Notes: generated from the sequence alone by a model not told the origin. A DNA stretch of 64,000 bases from an uncultured Chloroflexia bacterium (GCA_963813535.1 CAWEZH010000002.1:1152001-1216000); one strand, 5' to 3'. Counted from the stretch's first letter, positions 22,196 to 32,275 are shown. A program made the numbers and translations.

Positions 22196-23221
22196 TCAGC
22201 CGGCGAGTGGGACGACGCGCCCTTCGTCATCGATGGTGGCCCGGCGGCGACGCTTGAGCTCTGCGTCGGGGACCTGGTCCCGCGCGTGATAGCTGGAGCG
22301 GACGAGCGGGGCCGACTCGACGTGCTTGAAGCCGAGCGCCAGCGCCGCTGCCTTCATCTCGGCGAACTCGTCGGGATGGTAGTAGCGCTCCAGTGGAAGG
22401 TGCTGCATCGACGGTCGCAGGTACTGGCCGACGGTCAGGATGTCGACGTCGTTCTCGCGTAGCGCCTCGAATGCCTCCTGGAGCTCGTCGCGCGTCTCAC
22501 CGAGGCCGACCATGAGGCTCGACTTGGTGTGCACCGGGTAACCGATCTCGCGCGCCATCTCCTTGGCCCGCCGAAGCACGTAGAGGCTGCGGTCCCAGCG
22601 CGCCCGCTTGCGCACCGGCTTCTGGAGTCGGCGGACCGTCTCGAGATTGTGGTTGAGGATGTCCGGCCGCGCATCCATGACCGTCCGCAGCCGATCGTCG
22701 GAGCCGTCGAAATCCGGGATGAGGACCTCGATGCCCATGCCGGGACTTCGTTCGCGCATGCAGCCGATGGTCTCGGCGAAGATCCGCGACCCGCCGTCGG
22801 GCAGGTCATCTCGAGCGACACTGGTCACGACGACGTGTTCGAGACGCATCGCGGCCACGGCCTCGGCGACCCGGCGCGGCTCGTCGTCGTCGAACCAGGT
22901 GGGGCGACCCGTCTTGACGGCGCAGAACCCGCAGGCACGGGTGCAGGTATCGCCGAGGATCATGATCGTGGCGGTGCGCTGATCCCAGCATTCCCCGATG
23001 TTCGGGCAGTGCGCCTCCTCGCAGACGGTGTTGAGCTGGAGGCCGCGGAGCAGGCGCTTCAGGTCCTGGAAGTTGTCGCCCGACGGCACCCGAGCGCGGA
23101 TCCAATCCGGATGGCGGCGAAGCGGCGTGACCGATCCACCCATCGCGATCGAATCCGGGGCGGGCGCCGGATGGCGCCCACCGCTGGACGGGGGCTCGAA
23201 CATCGGAAGCTCACGGGCCAT
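22196..23221 (-). CDS. lipA: Lipoyl synthase
   Basis: CEEAHCPNIGEC, radical-SAM CTRACGFC, HNLETV, C-terminal RSSY. Confidence 0.97.
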   Translation of the reverse strand: MARELPMFEPPSSGGRHPAPAPDSIAMGGSVTPLRRHPDWIRARVPSGDNFQDLKRLLRGLQLNTVCEEAHCPNIGECWDQRTATIMILGDTCTRACGFCAVKTGRPTWFDDDEPRRVAEAVAAMRLEHVVVTSVARDDLPDGGSRIFAETIGCMRERSPGMGIEVLIPDFDGSDDRLRTVMDARPDILNHNLETVRRLQKPVRKRARWDRSLYVLRRAKEMAREIGYPVHTKSSLMVGLGETRDELQEAFEALRENDVDILTVGQYLRPSMQHLPLERYYHPDEFAEMKAAALALGFKHVESAPLVRSSYHARDQVPDAELKRRRRATIDDEGRVVPLAG

Positions 23222-23256
23222 GGCGCGAGTGTAGTCCCGTTCGGATCCGTCCACGG

Positions 23257-23703
23257 TCAGGTGGCCGGAGGACCGGATGGCGCATGGAACTGGCTCGAGA
23301 TCGCCGCGCCGACGCGATCGCCGTCCAGATCGAGGAGGACCAGGTACCAGTCGGCTGCGGCCTCGAACGCCGGCCGGCGCGCCTCGTCGATATCGTCGAC
23401 CGGCATGCTCAGCTTCAGCCCATCGCGGCTCGGGTAGCTCCCCATGAACTCGCAATCCCCGCCGGGCGTCCAGCCGACACGCTCGGCGGCCCCGTCCGGG
23501 AGTCGTGGCGGCTGGGCGGGGCAGAGGTAGACCGCCGAGATATCGGCGAACCAGCCGGGAGCATCGAGCTCGACCGTCGCCGGGGTCGTCCAGATATGCA
23601 GGTTCACCGGCGTGCCGAAGTCGAGTGACCCCGGCCCGCACCCGCCGGCGACGAGGGCGATCCCGAGCGCTGCGGCGACGAGCGGTCTGCGCTCAGCGCC
23701 CAT
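23257..23703 (-). CDS. Hypothetical lipoprotein
   Basis: Signal with AGGC lipobox; co-oriented with and overlapping the upstream epimerase gene. Confidence 0.6.
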   Translation of the reverse strand: MGAERRPLVAAALGIALVAGGCGPGSLDFGTPVNLHIWTTPATVELDAPGWFADISAVYLCPAQPPRLPDGAAERVGWTPGGDCEFMGSYPSRDGLKLSMPVDDIDEARRPAFEAAADWYLVLLDLDGDRVGAAISSQFHAPSGPPAT

Positions 23704-24664
23704 CGAACGTCGCCCGGAGACCGCTCGCCAGATCCCGCGGCGCGTACCCGAGCTCGGTGGCGGCCTTGGCCGACGAGCCCCAGAACGTGACGCCGATCGC
23801 GGATCGGGCCACCTCGCCGAGGTCGTCGGGGAGGCCCATCGAGCGTGCCAGCGCCGCAGGGGCGCGCGCGCCGAGTCGGACCATCCCGGTCGGGATCTCG
23901 AGGCGCGGCAGCGTCCGGCCGCCGAGCCGGGCGGCCATCTGCATCGCGTCGCGCAGCTTCATGTTCTGCCCGCCGAGGAAGTACGGCTCGCCGATGCGGC
24001 CGCGGTCCAGCGCCGCGACGATCCCGGCCGCGACGTCGTCCACGAATACGGGCGAGATGCCCAGGTCCGCCAGGACCAGGTACCGCAACGTTCCGTCGTA
24101 GGCGCCCTTGAGCTGTTGCCCGATGGCCGAATGGTCGTTCGGGCCGTACGTCGTACCGGGCATGGCGATCACGATCCGGGCACCCCCGCCGATGCGTTCC
24201 TGGACGGCGCGGTGGGCCAGGTACTTCGTCTCGTCGTAGTAGCTGAGGAACCCCTCCGACAGGTCCCGTCGGTAGCGCTCGTCGACGATGCGCCCGTGCG
24301 TGTTGCCGGCCACGTTGATCGTCGAGATCGCCACCAGACGGTCGAGCCCGGCGGTCGCGAACGCGTCGAGGACGCGGTGCGTCCCGCCGACGTTCGCGTC
24401 GTGCATCGCGGGGCGCTCGCTCGCCGGGATCCCGACCCGGTAGATACCGGCGAGGTGGATGGCGGCATCGGTGCCACGCATCGCGTCGACGATCGCCGCC
24501 GTCCGCGACAGGTCGCCCTCTCGCACATCGACGCCCATCGCGGCGAGCGGCTCAGCGCGCTCGAGGTCCCGGACGACCGCCGTGACCCGGTCGCCACGGG
24601 CCATCAAGCGCCGGACGACGGCCTCACCGATGAACCCCGATCCGCCAGTGACGAATACACGCAT
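23693..24664 (-). CDS. NAD-dependent epimerase/dehydratase (extended SDR)
   Basis: TGGSGFIG, HLAG, YDETK. Confidence 0.92.
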   Translation of the reverse strand: MRVFVTGGSGFIGEAVVRRLMARGDRVTAVVRDLERAEPLAAMGVDVREGDLSRTAAIVDAMRGTDAAIHLAGIYRVGIPASERPAMHDANVGGTHRVLDAFATAGLDRLVAISTINVAGNTHGRIVDERYRRDLSEGFLSYYDETKYLAHRAVQERIGGGARIVIAMPGTTYGPNDHSAIGQQLKGAYDGTLRYLVLADLGISPVFVDDVAAGIVAALDRGRIGEPYFLGGQNMKLRDAMQMAARLGGRTLPRLEIPTGMVRLGARAPAALARSMGLPDDLGEVARSAIGVTFWGSSAKAATELGYAPRDLASGLRATFDGR

Positions 24665-24704
24665 CAGGCGAGGGCCCCCGAGAGCGGGACGACGCCCTCA
24701 GCGT

Positions 24705-26213
24705 TCAGTAGATCGGCGTGTCCGGCCCGACCGCCTCGAGCCACGCCTTGATATCGCGAAGCAGCGCGGCACCGCCCGCGCCGTCATTCGCCCGGTGGTC
24801 GACGCCGAGGACCATGTTCATGATCGGGCGGATGGCGATGACGTCGCCGTCGGGGGTCGACTGCACGACCGGACGCTTGGTGATCGCCTCCATGGTCACG
24901 ATCCCGACCTCGGGGACATTGAGGATCGGCATGACCAGGTTCGTGCCGAGGTAGCCGGTGTTGTCGACGGTGAACGTGCCACCTCCGAAGTCGTCGACTC
25001 GGAACTTGTTGGCGCGTGCCCGGTTGGCGACGTCGGTGATGGCGACGTTCAGGCCATGGATCGAGAGCGTGTCCGCGTCGCGGATGACGGGCACCAGCAG
25101 GCCGTCGTCCACGGCCACGGCCACGCCGATATTGATCCTGCGCTTGGCGAGCAGGCCCTCCTCGGTCCAATTGGCGTTGAACGTCGGATTGCGCTTCAGC
25201 GCTTCCGCCGCGGCCTTCACGACGAACGGCACGTAGCTGAGCGAGATGCCTTCCTTCGCCTGATACGCCTTCTTGGCGGCCTCACGGGCAGCCATGAGAC
25301 GCGTCACGTCGACCTCCATCTGGACGTAGGCGTGGGGCGCCTGGAGGGCGCGCGTCATCTGGGCCGCGATGCCCTTGCGCATCTGGGTCATCGGCAGGAG
25401 GACTTCGTCGGCGCCTTCCGGGAAGTCGACGGTCGCGGCCGTCGGCATCGCGGATCGCTGGGCCGTGGCAGGCGCCGGGGCAGCTGCCGGTTGCGCCGCG
25501 CTCGGGCCGGCCTGGGCGGGCGCCGTAGCGGGCTTCGCCGCCGGGGCGGGTGCGGCGCCACCCGTCCGGATCGTCTCGACCACGGCGAGCACGTCGTCCC
25601 GGGTGATGCGCCCGCCTCCGCCAGTGCCGACGATCTGCTCGGCACTCAAGCCGTGCTCGCGGAGCAGCCGCCGAACAGCGGGCGTCATGCGCGCATCGGC
25701 ATCGCCCTGGGCCGTCGGTGGGGCGGCCGTGGCGGCGGCAGCCGGGCGTTCGGCCGCGGGGGCGGATGCGCTCGGCGCCATGCCGGAGGGCGCCGACGCG
25801 GCCGCGGTTGCCCCGGCGGACGAGCCGTTCGCGGATTCGTCCGAACCGGCTGGTCCCTTCGTGTCGACCGGGGCCGGATCGTCGGCGGCGGGCTTCGCAG
25901 TGTCCTTTGCAGCATCCGGCTCGACCGGTGCGGCCTTGGCCTCGGCAGGCTGTGCGCCGTCGGCCGATGCGCCGTCGTCGGCCGTCTCGATGACCGCGAT
26001 CTCCGCGTTGTTCGGGACCGTGGCGCCTTCCTCGGCCAGGATCTCCTTGAGGACGCCCTCGAACGGCGACGGGACCTCGGCGTTGACCTTGTCGGTGATG
26101 ACCTCGAGCAGGGGCTCGTACTTGTCGACATGGTCGCCGGGCTGCTTGAGCCACTTGCCGATCGTCCCCTCGGCGACGCTCTCGCCGAGTTGGGGCATCG
26201 TCACCTTCGCCAC
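24705..26213 (-). CDS. bkdB: 2-oxoacid dehydrogenase E2, dihydrolipoamide acyltransferase
   Basis: Lipoyl domain MPQLGESV...TDKV; E3-binding 'GTGGGGRITRDDV'; catalytic DHRANDG; AAGGAG RBS fits GTG 26213. Confidence 0.93.
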   Translation of the reverse strand: MAKVTMPQLGESVAEGTIGKWLKQPGDHVDKYEPLLEVITDKVNAEVPSPFEGVLKEILAEEGATVPNNAEIAVIETADDGASADGAQPAEAKAAPVEPDAAKDTAKPAADDPAPVDTKGPAGSDESANGSSAGATAAASAPSGMAPSASAPAAERPAAAATAAPPTAQGDADARMTPAVRRLLREHGLSAEQIVGTGGGGRITRDDVLAVVETIRTGGAAPAPAAKPATAPAQAGPSAAQPAAAPAPATAQRSAMPTAATVDFPEGADEVLLPMTQMRKGIAAQMTRALQAPHAYVQMEVDVTRLMAAREAAKKAYQAKEGISLSYVPFVVKAAAEALKRNPTFNANWTEEGLLAKRRINIGVAVAVDDGLLVPVIRDADTLSIHGLNVAITDVANRARANKFRVDDFGGGTFTVDNTGYLGTNLVMPILNVPEVGIVTMEAITKRPVVQSTPDGDVIAIRPIMNMVLGVDHRANDGAGGAALLRDIKAWLEAVGPDTPIY

Positions 26214-26340
26214 GTTCACTGCTCCTTCGCAGGGGATCGTCGTCTCGCGACCGGTCTAGTGTCGCCCATCCGCGGGATGCCGGTCGAGTGGGCAGGCGGC
26301 CGGTCCGACGACCAGCGGCGCCTGTAGGGTATCGGTCGAG

Positions 26341-29136
26341 ATGGACCCGGCCGCCCGCGTCCTGCGCGTCCTGTCGATACGGCCCGGCGAGGGACGGGTT
26401 GTCGGCGGTGTGGCGATGCTGTTCGCGGTGCTCGAAGCGGCACGCGGATTCGGAGAGGTCGGCGCTGACTCCCTGGTGCTGGGCCAATACGGCCCGGACG
26501 CGCTTCCGACCACCCTGCCGTACCTCTTCATCGGCCTCGGCGTCACGAGCTTCCTGGTATCGCTCGGGTATGCGGCGGCCCTGGGCCGCCTGCCACGGAT
26601 CCCGCTGTTCATCGGCATCGTCACCGGCATCGCGTTGCTCCTCGTGGCGGAACGTGTCGGACTGGCGGCCGGCAGGACCGAACTCGTGCCCGTGATCTGG
26701 CTCACGGTCTTCGCATCGAGCGCGATCAACCTCACCATCGCCTGGACGGTGAGCGGAGCGTCCTTCGACGCGAGGCAGGCAAAGCGACTGTTCCCGCTCC
26801 TCACGAGCGCAGCGATCGTCGGGAGTTTCTCGGGAACCCTGGCGGCAGGGCCGATCGCGCATGCCTCCAGCGTCGAGACCCTTGTGGTCGTCCAGTCCGC
26901 GTTCCTCGGACTTGCCGCCGTGCTGCTCGCGCGACTACCCCGTCCCCGGACGCGGCGGTCGGCGGCCGGACGCGGAGCGTCGGTCGTGGCGGACCTGCGG
27001 GTCGGCTTCGACACGGTGGCCCGCTCGCCGTTGATGCGGCTCGTGGCGGTGGCCTACGTGCTGCTCGCCATCCTCCTCTTCTCGGTCTCGTTCCCGTTCC
27101 TCATCGCGGCGTCGCGCGAGTTCCCGGACAAGGTCGAACTGGCCACCGCTCTCGGGTTGCTGTCGACCGCGGTCACGGCCACGTCATTCGTCCTGTCGCT
27201 CGTCGTCGCGAACCGGCTCTATGCGCGTTTCGGGATCTCGGCCGGAGCACTCCTTCAGCCGATCGTGTACGTGCTGGGGTTCGCGACATGGCTCCTGCAG
27301 TTCTCGTTCGCCACCGCGGCTGCGTTCCGATTCGGCCAGCAGGTCACCCAGCGTGGTATCTCCAACGCAGCCTGGAGCGCGTTCTACAACGTCGTCCCGG
27401 CCGATAGACGCGCCCAGGTGCTCGGCTTCATCGACGGCGTCCCCGGGCAGGTCGGGACCGTTCTCTCCGGCATCCTGCTGCTCCTCACCGCCGGTCTTAG
27501 CGGGTTGGAGCCGGTCTTCTGGCTCGGGATCGGGACCGCCGTCATCGCGACGCTCGTGGTCATCCAGATACGACGGCGGTATGCGGAAAGCCTTCTGACC
27601 GCCCTGCGATCGGGGCTCGCCGAGCAGGTCCTCGAAGGTGGACCCGGCCTGCCCGCGGCACTCGACCGCCCCGACGTCCGTGGTGTGCTGCTCACTGCGC
27701 TGAGCGACGCCGACCCCCACACCCGGAGGCTTGGCGTGGCGCTCCTCGGTCGCGCGGATGTGCTTCGACCAGACGAGCGGGACCTCGTGGCTGCTCTCGG
27801 TGACGACCCGTCACCGCGCGTCCGCGCGGAGGTTGCTGCAGCGCTGGCGGGCGATCCCGCCGACACTCGTCCCGGCGTCCTCATCGCCGCCTTGCTCGAC
27901 GCGGAGTCGGACGAGTCGCGGATGGCCGGTCTCGATGCCGCGGCACGCGTCCCCGACCGTGTGTCATCCGACGACCTGCGCGGTTTCCTTGACGATCCGT
28001 CGCCGGGTGTCCGCGCTGCAGCCATTCGGGCTCTGGCCGTCCGACCCGATGAGGCTACGGTCGTTCCGACGGCGATGCTCGTCGACGCGCTCGATGACGA
28101 CGCCTACCTCGTCCGTTCGGCCGCCTCGTCGGCGCTCGCGGCGCGGGCCGACGGACGAGCGGCGGTGATCCATGCGCTCGACGTGGGATCTGAGCGAGCG
28201 CAGGACGCGGCGCTCCTTGCGCTCACCGGCCGTGCCGGCGATGTCCAGGCGGATCTCCTTTCGTGGGCCAGCGTCCAGATCGAGCGGGCGGAAGCTCTCC
28301 ATCGAGCGCATGGATCGGTGGCGGCGCTCCCCGAGCGGACCCCCGTCGGCGCCTTCCTCGAAGCCGTGGTCGCCCAACGAGCTCGACGGGCCGAGGACCG
28401 GGCGATCGCCGTCGTCGTCGCCGTCGGCGCGCCGGCAGCCGGGGGACTCATGCGCCGATCCCTGCGCTCGAGCGATCAGGATGCCCGGGCACAGGCCATC
28501 GAGGCCCTTGATTCCCTGGGTGACCGGCGGCTCGGTCGCGCCCTCTCGGCCTGTCTCGAAGCGGCGGCCGAACCGTCACGGATCGACCCCATCGAAACAC
28601 TCGACCGGCTGGCGTACGACGACGATCGCTGGATCGCCATGCTCGGTCGGGCGGTCCGTGCCACGCTGACGACCCGTAGCGAGGACGATACGGCCATGAC
28701 CCAGGGCGACGGCGCGTCGGGCGAGATCGAGACCATGCTGCTCCTTCGTCGAGTGCCGTTGTTCGCGGGTCTCGAACCGGAGGACCTACAGCGGGTCGCG
28801 ATGGTGGCGATGGAGCGCGACTACCCGTCCGGGTCGGCGCTCGTGCGCGAGGGGGAGATCGGGGACGAACTGGTCGTGATCGTCGAGGGGGCCGTGCGCG
28901 TCGTCCAGGCGACGCCCGATGGCGAGGAGCGATTCATCCGGAGCTACGGTGCCGGCGAACATGTCGGCGAACTTGCCGTCCTGCGCGACCGGCCGCGGGT
29001 CGCCACGGTCATCGCCGACGGCGACGTCCGGGGCCTCGTGCTCGGTGGGGACGCCCTGCGCGCGATCCTGCGTGAACGGCCCGAGGCGGCGATGGCGATG
29101 CTTGCCACCCTCGCGGAGCGCATCTCGACCCAGTAG
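26341..29136 (+). CDS. Npt1/Npt2(TLC)/MFS-like 12-TM domain + HEAT repeats + C-terminal cNMP-binding domain
   Basis: 'IRPGEG' start and 'FDARQAKRLFPL' TLC-like motif, ~12 TMs; HEAT repeats (DPSPRVR, DPSPGVR); 'LRRVPLFAGL...GELAVLRDRPRVATV'. Confidence 0.85.
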   Translation: MDPAARVLRVLSIRPGEGRVVGGVAMLFAVLEAARGFGEVGADSLVLGQYGPDALPTTLPYLFIGLGVTSFLVSLGYAAALGRLPRIPLFIGIVTGIALLLVAERVGLAAGRTELVPVIWLTVFASSAINLTIAWTVSGASFDARQAKRLFPLLTSAAIVGSFSGTLAAGPIAHASSVETLVVVQSAFLGLAAVLLARLPRPRTRRSAAGRGASVVADLRVGFDTVARSPLMRLVAVAYVLLAILLFSVSFPFLIAASREFPDKVELATALGLLSTAVTATSFVLSLVVANRLYARFGISAGALLQPIVYVLGFATWLLQFSFATAAAFRFGQQVTQRGISNAAWSAFYNVVPADRRAQVLGFIDGVPGQVGTVLSGILLLLTAGLSGLEPVFWLGIGTAVIATLVVIQIRRRYAESLLTALRSGLAEQVLEGGPGLPAALDRPDVRGVLLTALSDADPHTRRLGVALLGRADVLRPDERDLVAALGDDPSPRVRAEVAAALAGDPADTRPGVLIAALLDAESDESRMAGLDAAARVPDRVSSDDLRGFLDDPSPGVRAAAIRALAVRPDEATVVPTAMLVDALDDDAYLVRSAASSALAARADGRAAVIHALDVGSERAQDAALLALTGRAGDVQADLLSWASVQIERAEALHRAHGSVAALPERTPVGAFLEAVVAQRARRAEDRAIAVVVAVGAPAAGGLMRRSLRSSDQDARAQAIEALDSLGDRRLGRALSACLEAAAEPSRIDPIETLDRLAYDDDRWIAMLGRAVRATLTTRSEDDTAMTQGDGASGEIETMLLLRRVPLFAGLEPEDLQRVAMVAMERDYPSGSALVREGEIGDELVVIVEGAVRVVQATPDGEERFIRSYGAGEHVGELAVLRDRPRVATVIADGDVRGLVLGGDALRAILRERPEAAMAMLATLAERISTQ

Positions 29137-29145
29137 AGTCGGCCC

Positions 29146-31782
29146 GTGGTCGACATCGAGGCCGGTCGGCGCGCACTACCGACCGGGACGGTCACCTTCC
29201 TGCGAACGGACGTCGAGGGGTCGATGGGACTCGCCCGCGCCCTCGGTCAGGGCTGGGATGCGGTCAATGCCACGCACATGGGCATCCTCCGGAAAGCCGT
29301 CGATGAGCACGGCGGCATCAGCGTCCGCACCGAGGGCGACGCGATGTTCGCGGTCTTCCCGGAGGCGAGAGCCGCGGTCTCAGCCGCGATCGCCGCGCAG
29401 CGCGGTCTCGTGACCCACGAGTGGCCGGCCGGAGCGGACGTACGCGTCCGGATGGGTCTCCACTCGGGCGAGGCCTACCTGGCCGGTGACGACTACGGCG
29501 GTTTCGAGGTGAGCCGTGCCGCACGGATCGCCGGCGCCGGTCACGGTGGCCAGATCGTGCTCTCCGAGACGACCCGTGCGCTGGTCGCAGACGCGCTGCC
29601 CGATGGCGTCGAGGTCCATGACCTCGGTCGTCATGCCCTCCGGGACGTCCCACGTCCGGAACACCTCTTCCAACTGGACGCCCCGGGTCTGCCGACGCAG
29701 TTCCCGCCGCTGCGGTCCGGGTCGGCGACCGTCGGCGACCTGCCGTCCCGACTGACGAGCTTCATCGGACGCGACGCCGAACTCGACGAGCTGGCCGACC
29801 TGCTCACGGAACGGCGGCTCGTCACGCTCACGGGGCCGGGCGGCATCGGCAAGACCAGCCTGGCCGTCGAGACGGCGCGCGCGGTGGCGGATCACTCCCC
29901 TGACGGGGCGTGGTTCGTGCCGCTGGCCGATGTCGAGGACCCTGCCGACGTCAGGTCGATCATCGCTCGCGCGATCGGCCTGCACGACGGTCCCGGCCGA
30001 CCAGCCGCGGAGGGACTCGCACCGTATCTTGCCGATCGCTCCGTACTGCTCGTCATCGACAACTTCGAGCGGCTGCTGGACGCGGCAGGTGACGTCGCCG
30101 ACATCCTCGAGGCGTCGCCCCGGTCGCGCATCCTCGTGACGAGCCGCGCCCCGCTGCGGATCGCCGGCGAACAGGAGTATCCCGTGCCGAGTCTTGGCGG
30201 GGACTGCGCGCGGCTGTTCACGGAGCGCGCCCGGTCCGTGCGGCCGGGCTGGGAGCCCCCTGCCGACGATACCGTCGTGGACGAGGTCTGCTCGCTCCTC
30301 GATCGACTGCCGTTGGGCGTAGAGCTCACCGCGGCGCGCGTCGCGCTCCTTCCGCTGACGGCGATCCGCGATCGCCTCCGCGCACAACTGCCACTGCCCG
30401 GGTCAGGTCCACGCAATGTGCCCGATCGGCAGCGGACGCTGGCGGGGGCCATCGCCTGGAGCCACGATCTGCTCCCGACCGACCTGCAACGCGTCCTGCA
30501 TGACCTCGCGGTCTTCGACGTCGGCTTCGAGTACGAGCAAGCAGCGCAGGTCGTCGAACCACCGGCCGACGGTGGCGACGTCCTCGACCACCTGGCGACG
30601 CTCGTCGACCAGAGCCTGATCAGGCGCGACGCGAGTGAGAACGGCATCCGGTTCGAGATGCTCGAGACCATCCGAGCCTTCGCGCTCGAGCGTCTCCGGG
30701 CGGAAGATCGCGAGACGGCAGTCCGGCGCCGGCACGCGCTCGCCTACCTCGCTCTGGCCGAAGCCGCTGCGCCGAACCTGCCCGGATCCGATCAGCCGCG
30801 GTGGCTCGACCGGCTGACCATCGACTATGCGAACCTGCGGTCCGCGATCCGCTGGAGCATCGACGCCGGAGAGGTCGAGCTGGCGCTCCGCTTCGTCGCC
30901 GCGATGTGGCGTTTCTGGCAACAGGATGGACGGCTCGTCGAAGGCACCGACCTTGCGGAGGAGGCCCTCGCCATGCCCGGCGCGGATCAGGCGACGCCAG
31001 GTCGATTGGCCGCGCTCGGGGCCGCCGGCGGGATCGCCTACTGGCACGGACGTCGGGGCGACTCGACCCGGTACTACAAGGAGCAGCTCACGCTCGCCCG
31101 GCAGCTGGGGGATGTCGCGGCGGAGGCCGACGCGACCTGGAATCTCGCGTTCGAGCCCTATGTCGCCGGCGACTTCGACGGTGCAGCCCAGATGGTGCTC
31201 TCCGCCCGCGGCATGTTCGAACGGATCGGCGACGAGCGCGGCGTCGCGCGGGCGGACTGGTCGATGGTGACCGTAGCCTCGGGAGATCACCCGGGGGTGG
31301 GCGGACTGGAGACTCTTGAGTCGCTCAATGAACGGTTCGAACGGCTCGGCGATACCTGGTACGCGTTCCAGAACTACATGAGCATCGCATGGGTCTACTA
31401 CTCGGCAGACGACGTTGCGGGGGCCAGTCGCTGGTTCGTCCGTGCCCTGGTCGGCTCGCGTTCGCTCCGAGACGTGACTGGAACCACCATCGCGATCCCG
31501 CTTGCGGCGTTGCTGGCGCTCGAGGCCGACCGCCCGGAGGACGCTGCGACACTCCTCGGATCCGCGGACCACCTGAGCGAGCTGTACGGCGTGAAGGCGC
31601 CGCTGGGTCTGCGCGAGTTGCTTGGCGTGAGCGATCCGCAGGGTCGGGCGCTCGCCGCGCTCGGCCAGGAGCGATACCAGGAGGCTTTCGATCGGGGGCG
31701 CCAGATGACGCTCGATCAGACGGTCGAACGCATCGTCCGCATGCAGGACGAGGCCTGGGGACCTGGCGAGACTGCTGGTTGA
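29146..31782 (+). CDS. Class III adenylate/guanylate cyclase + STAND (NB-ARC-like) ATPase + TPR-like helical domain
   Basis: TDVEGS, TEGDA, RMGLHSG, VSRAAR, GGQIVLS; Walker A GPGGIGKT, Walker B LLVIDNFE, LPLGVEL. Confidence 0.92.
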   Translation: MVDIEAGRRALPTGTVTFLRTDVEGSMGLARALGQGWDAVNATHMGILRKAVDEHGGISVRTEGDAMFAVFPEARAAVSAAIAAQRGLVTHEWPAGADVRVRMGLHSGEAYLAGDDYGGFEVSRAARIAGAGHGGQIVLSETTRALVADALPDGVEVHDLGRHALRDVPRPEHLFQLDAPGLPTQFPPLRSGSATVGDLPSRLTSFIGRDAELDELADLLTERRLVTLTGPGGIGKTSLAVETARAVADHSPDGAWFVPLADVEDPADVRSIIARAIGLHDGPGRPAAEGLAPYLADRSVLLVIDNFERLLDAAGDVADILEASPRSRILVTSRAPLRIAGEQEYPVPSLGGDCARLFTERARSVRPGWEPPADDTVVDEVCSLLDRLPLGVELTAARVALLPLTAIRDRLRAQLPLPGSGPRNVPDRQRTLAGAIAWSHDLLPTDLQRVLHDLAVFDVGFEYEQAAQVVEPPADGGDVLDHLATLVDQSLIRRDASENGIRFEMLETIRAFALERLRAEDRETAVRRRHALAYLALAEAAAPNLPGSDQPRWLDRLTIDYANLRSAIRWSIDAGEVELALRFVAAMWRFWQQDGRLVEGTDLAEEALAMPGADQATPGRLAALGAAGGIAYWHGRRGDSTRYYKEQLTLARQLGDVAAEADATWNLAFEPYVAGDFDGAAQMVLSARGMFERIGDERGVARADWSMVTVASGDHPGVGGLETLESLNERFERLGDTWYAFQNYMSIAWVYYSADDVAGASRWFVRALVGSRSLRDVTGTTIAIPLAALLALEADRPEDAATLLGSADHLSELYGVKAPLGLRELLGVSDPQGRALAALGQERYQEAFDRGRQMTLDQTVERIVRMQDEAWGPGETAG

Positions 31783-31807
31783 CCGCGGGAATATCCTCGC
31801 CTCACTG

Positions 31808-32275
31808 ATGGATCTGCTGACGGGCAACCTCGGTCTTCTGGTCCCCCTCGCGGGGTTCTTGCTCCTGCTCCTCGCCGCTGCGATCACCATCCGCCTGAGT
31901 CGGGGGGAGAGCGAGGCCGTAGCGCGGTGGCGCTATCGAGAACGGCGTCATGACGTGCCGCGGCATCGGGAGCCGCGCCAGGAAGTGCCGGTCCCGGAGC
32001 AAGCACGCCCATATGCCGGTCCGCTGGCGGCGCGACGGATGGCACGCCTTCTCATAGGTACCGCGATCGTCCTGCCGATCCTTACCTTCTTTGCGTGGAT
32101 CGCTCAGCCCGGTTTCACCGGGGGGCCGATGTTCTACGAGGCCCCGTGGTACGAGGCGGCGCTGCCGTGGGCGGCTGCCGCGGGTTACCTGTTCGGGCTC
32201 GGCTGGATGATCCGGATCTACCGGGCGGATCCCGAGCCGGATCGCGGGACCTGGCGCTATCGCTCCGAGGCCTGA
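31808..32275 (+). CDS. Hypothetical three-TM membrane protein
   Basis: Three hydrophobic segments; WRYR motif occurs twice; TATCCT -10-like box upstream. Confidence 0.6.
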   Translation: MDLLTGNLGLLVPLAGFLLLLLAAAITIRLSRGESEAVARWRYRERRHDVPRHREPRQEVPVPEQARPYAGPLAARRMARLLIGTAIVLPILTFFAWIAQPGFTGGPMFYEAPWYEAALPWAAAAGYLFGLGWMIRIYRADPEPDRGTWRYRSEA

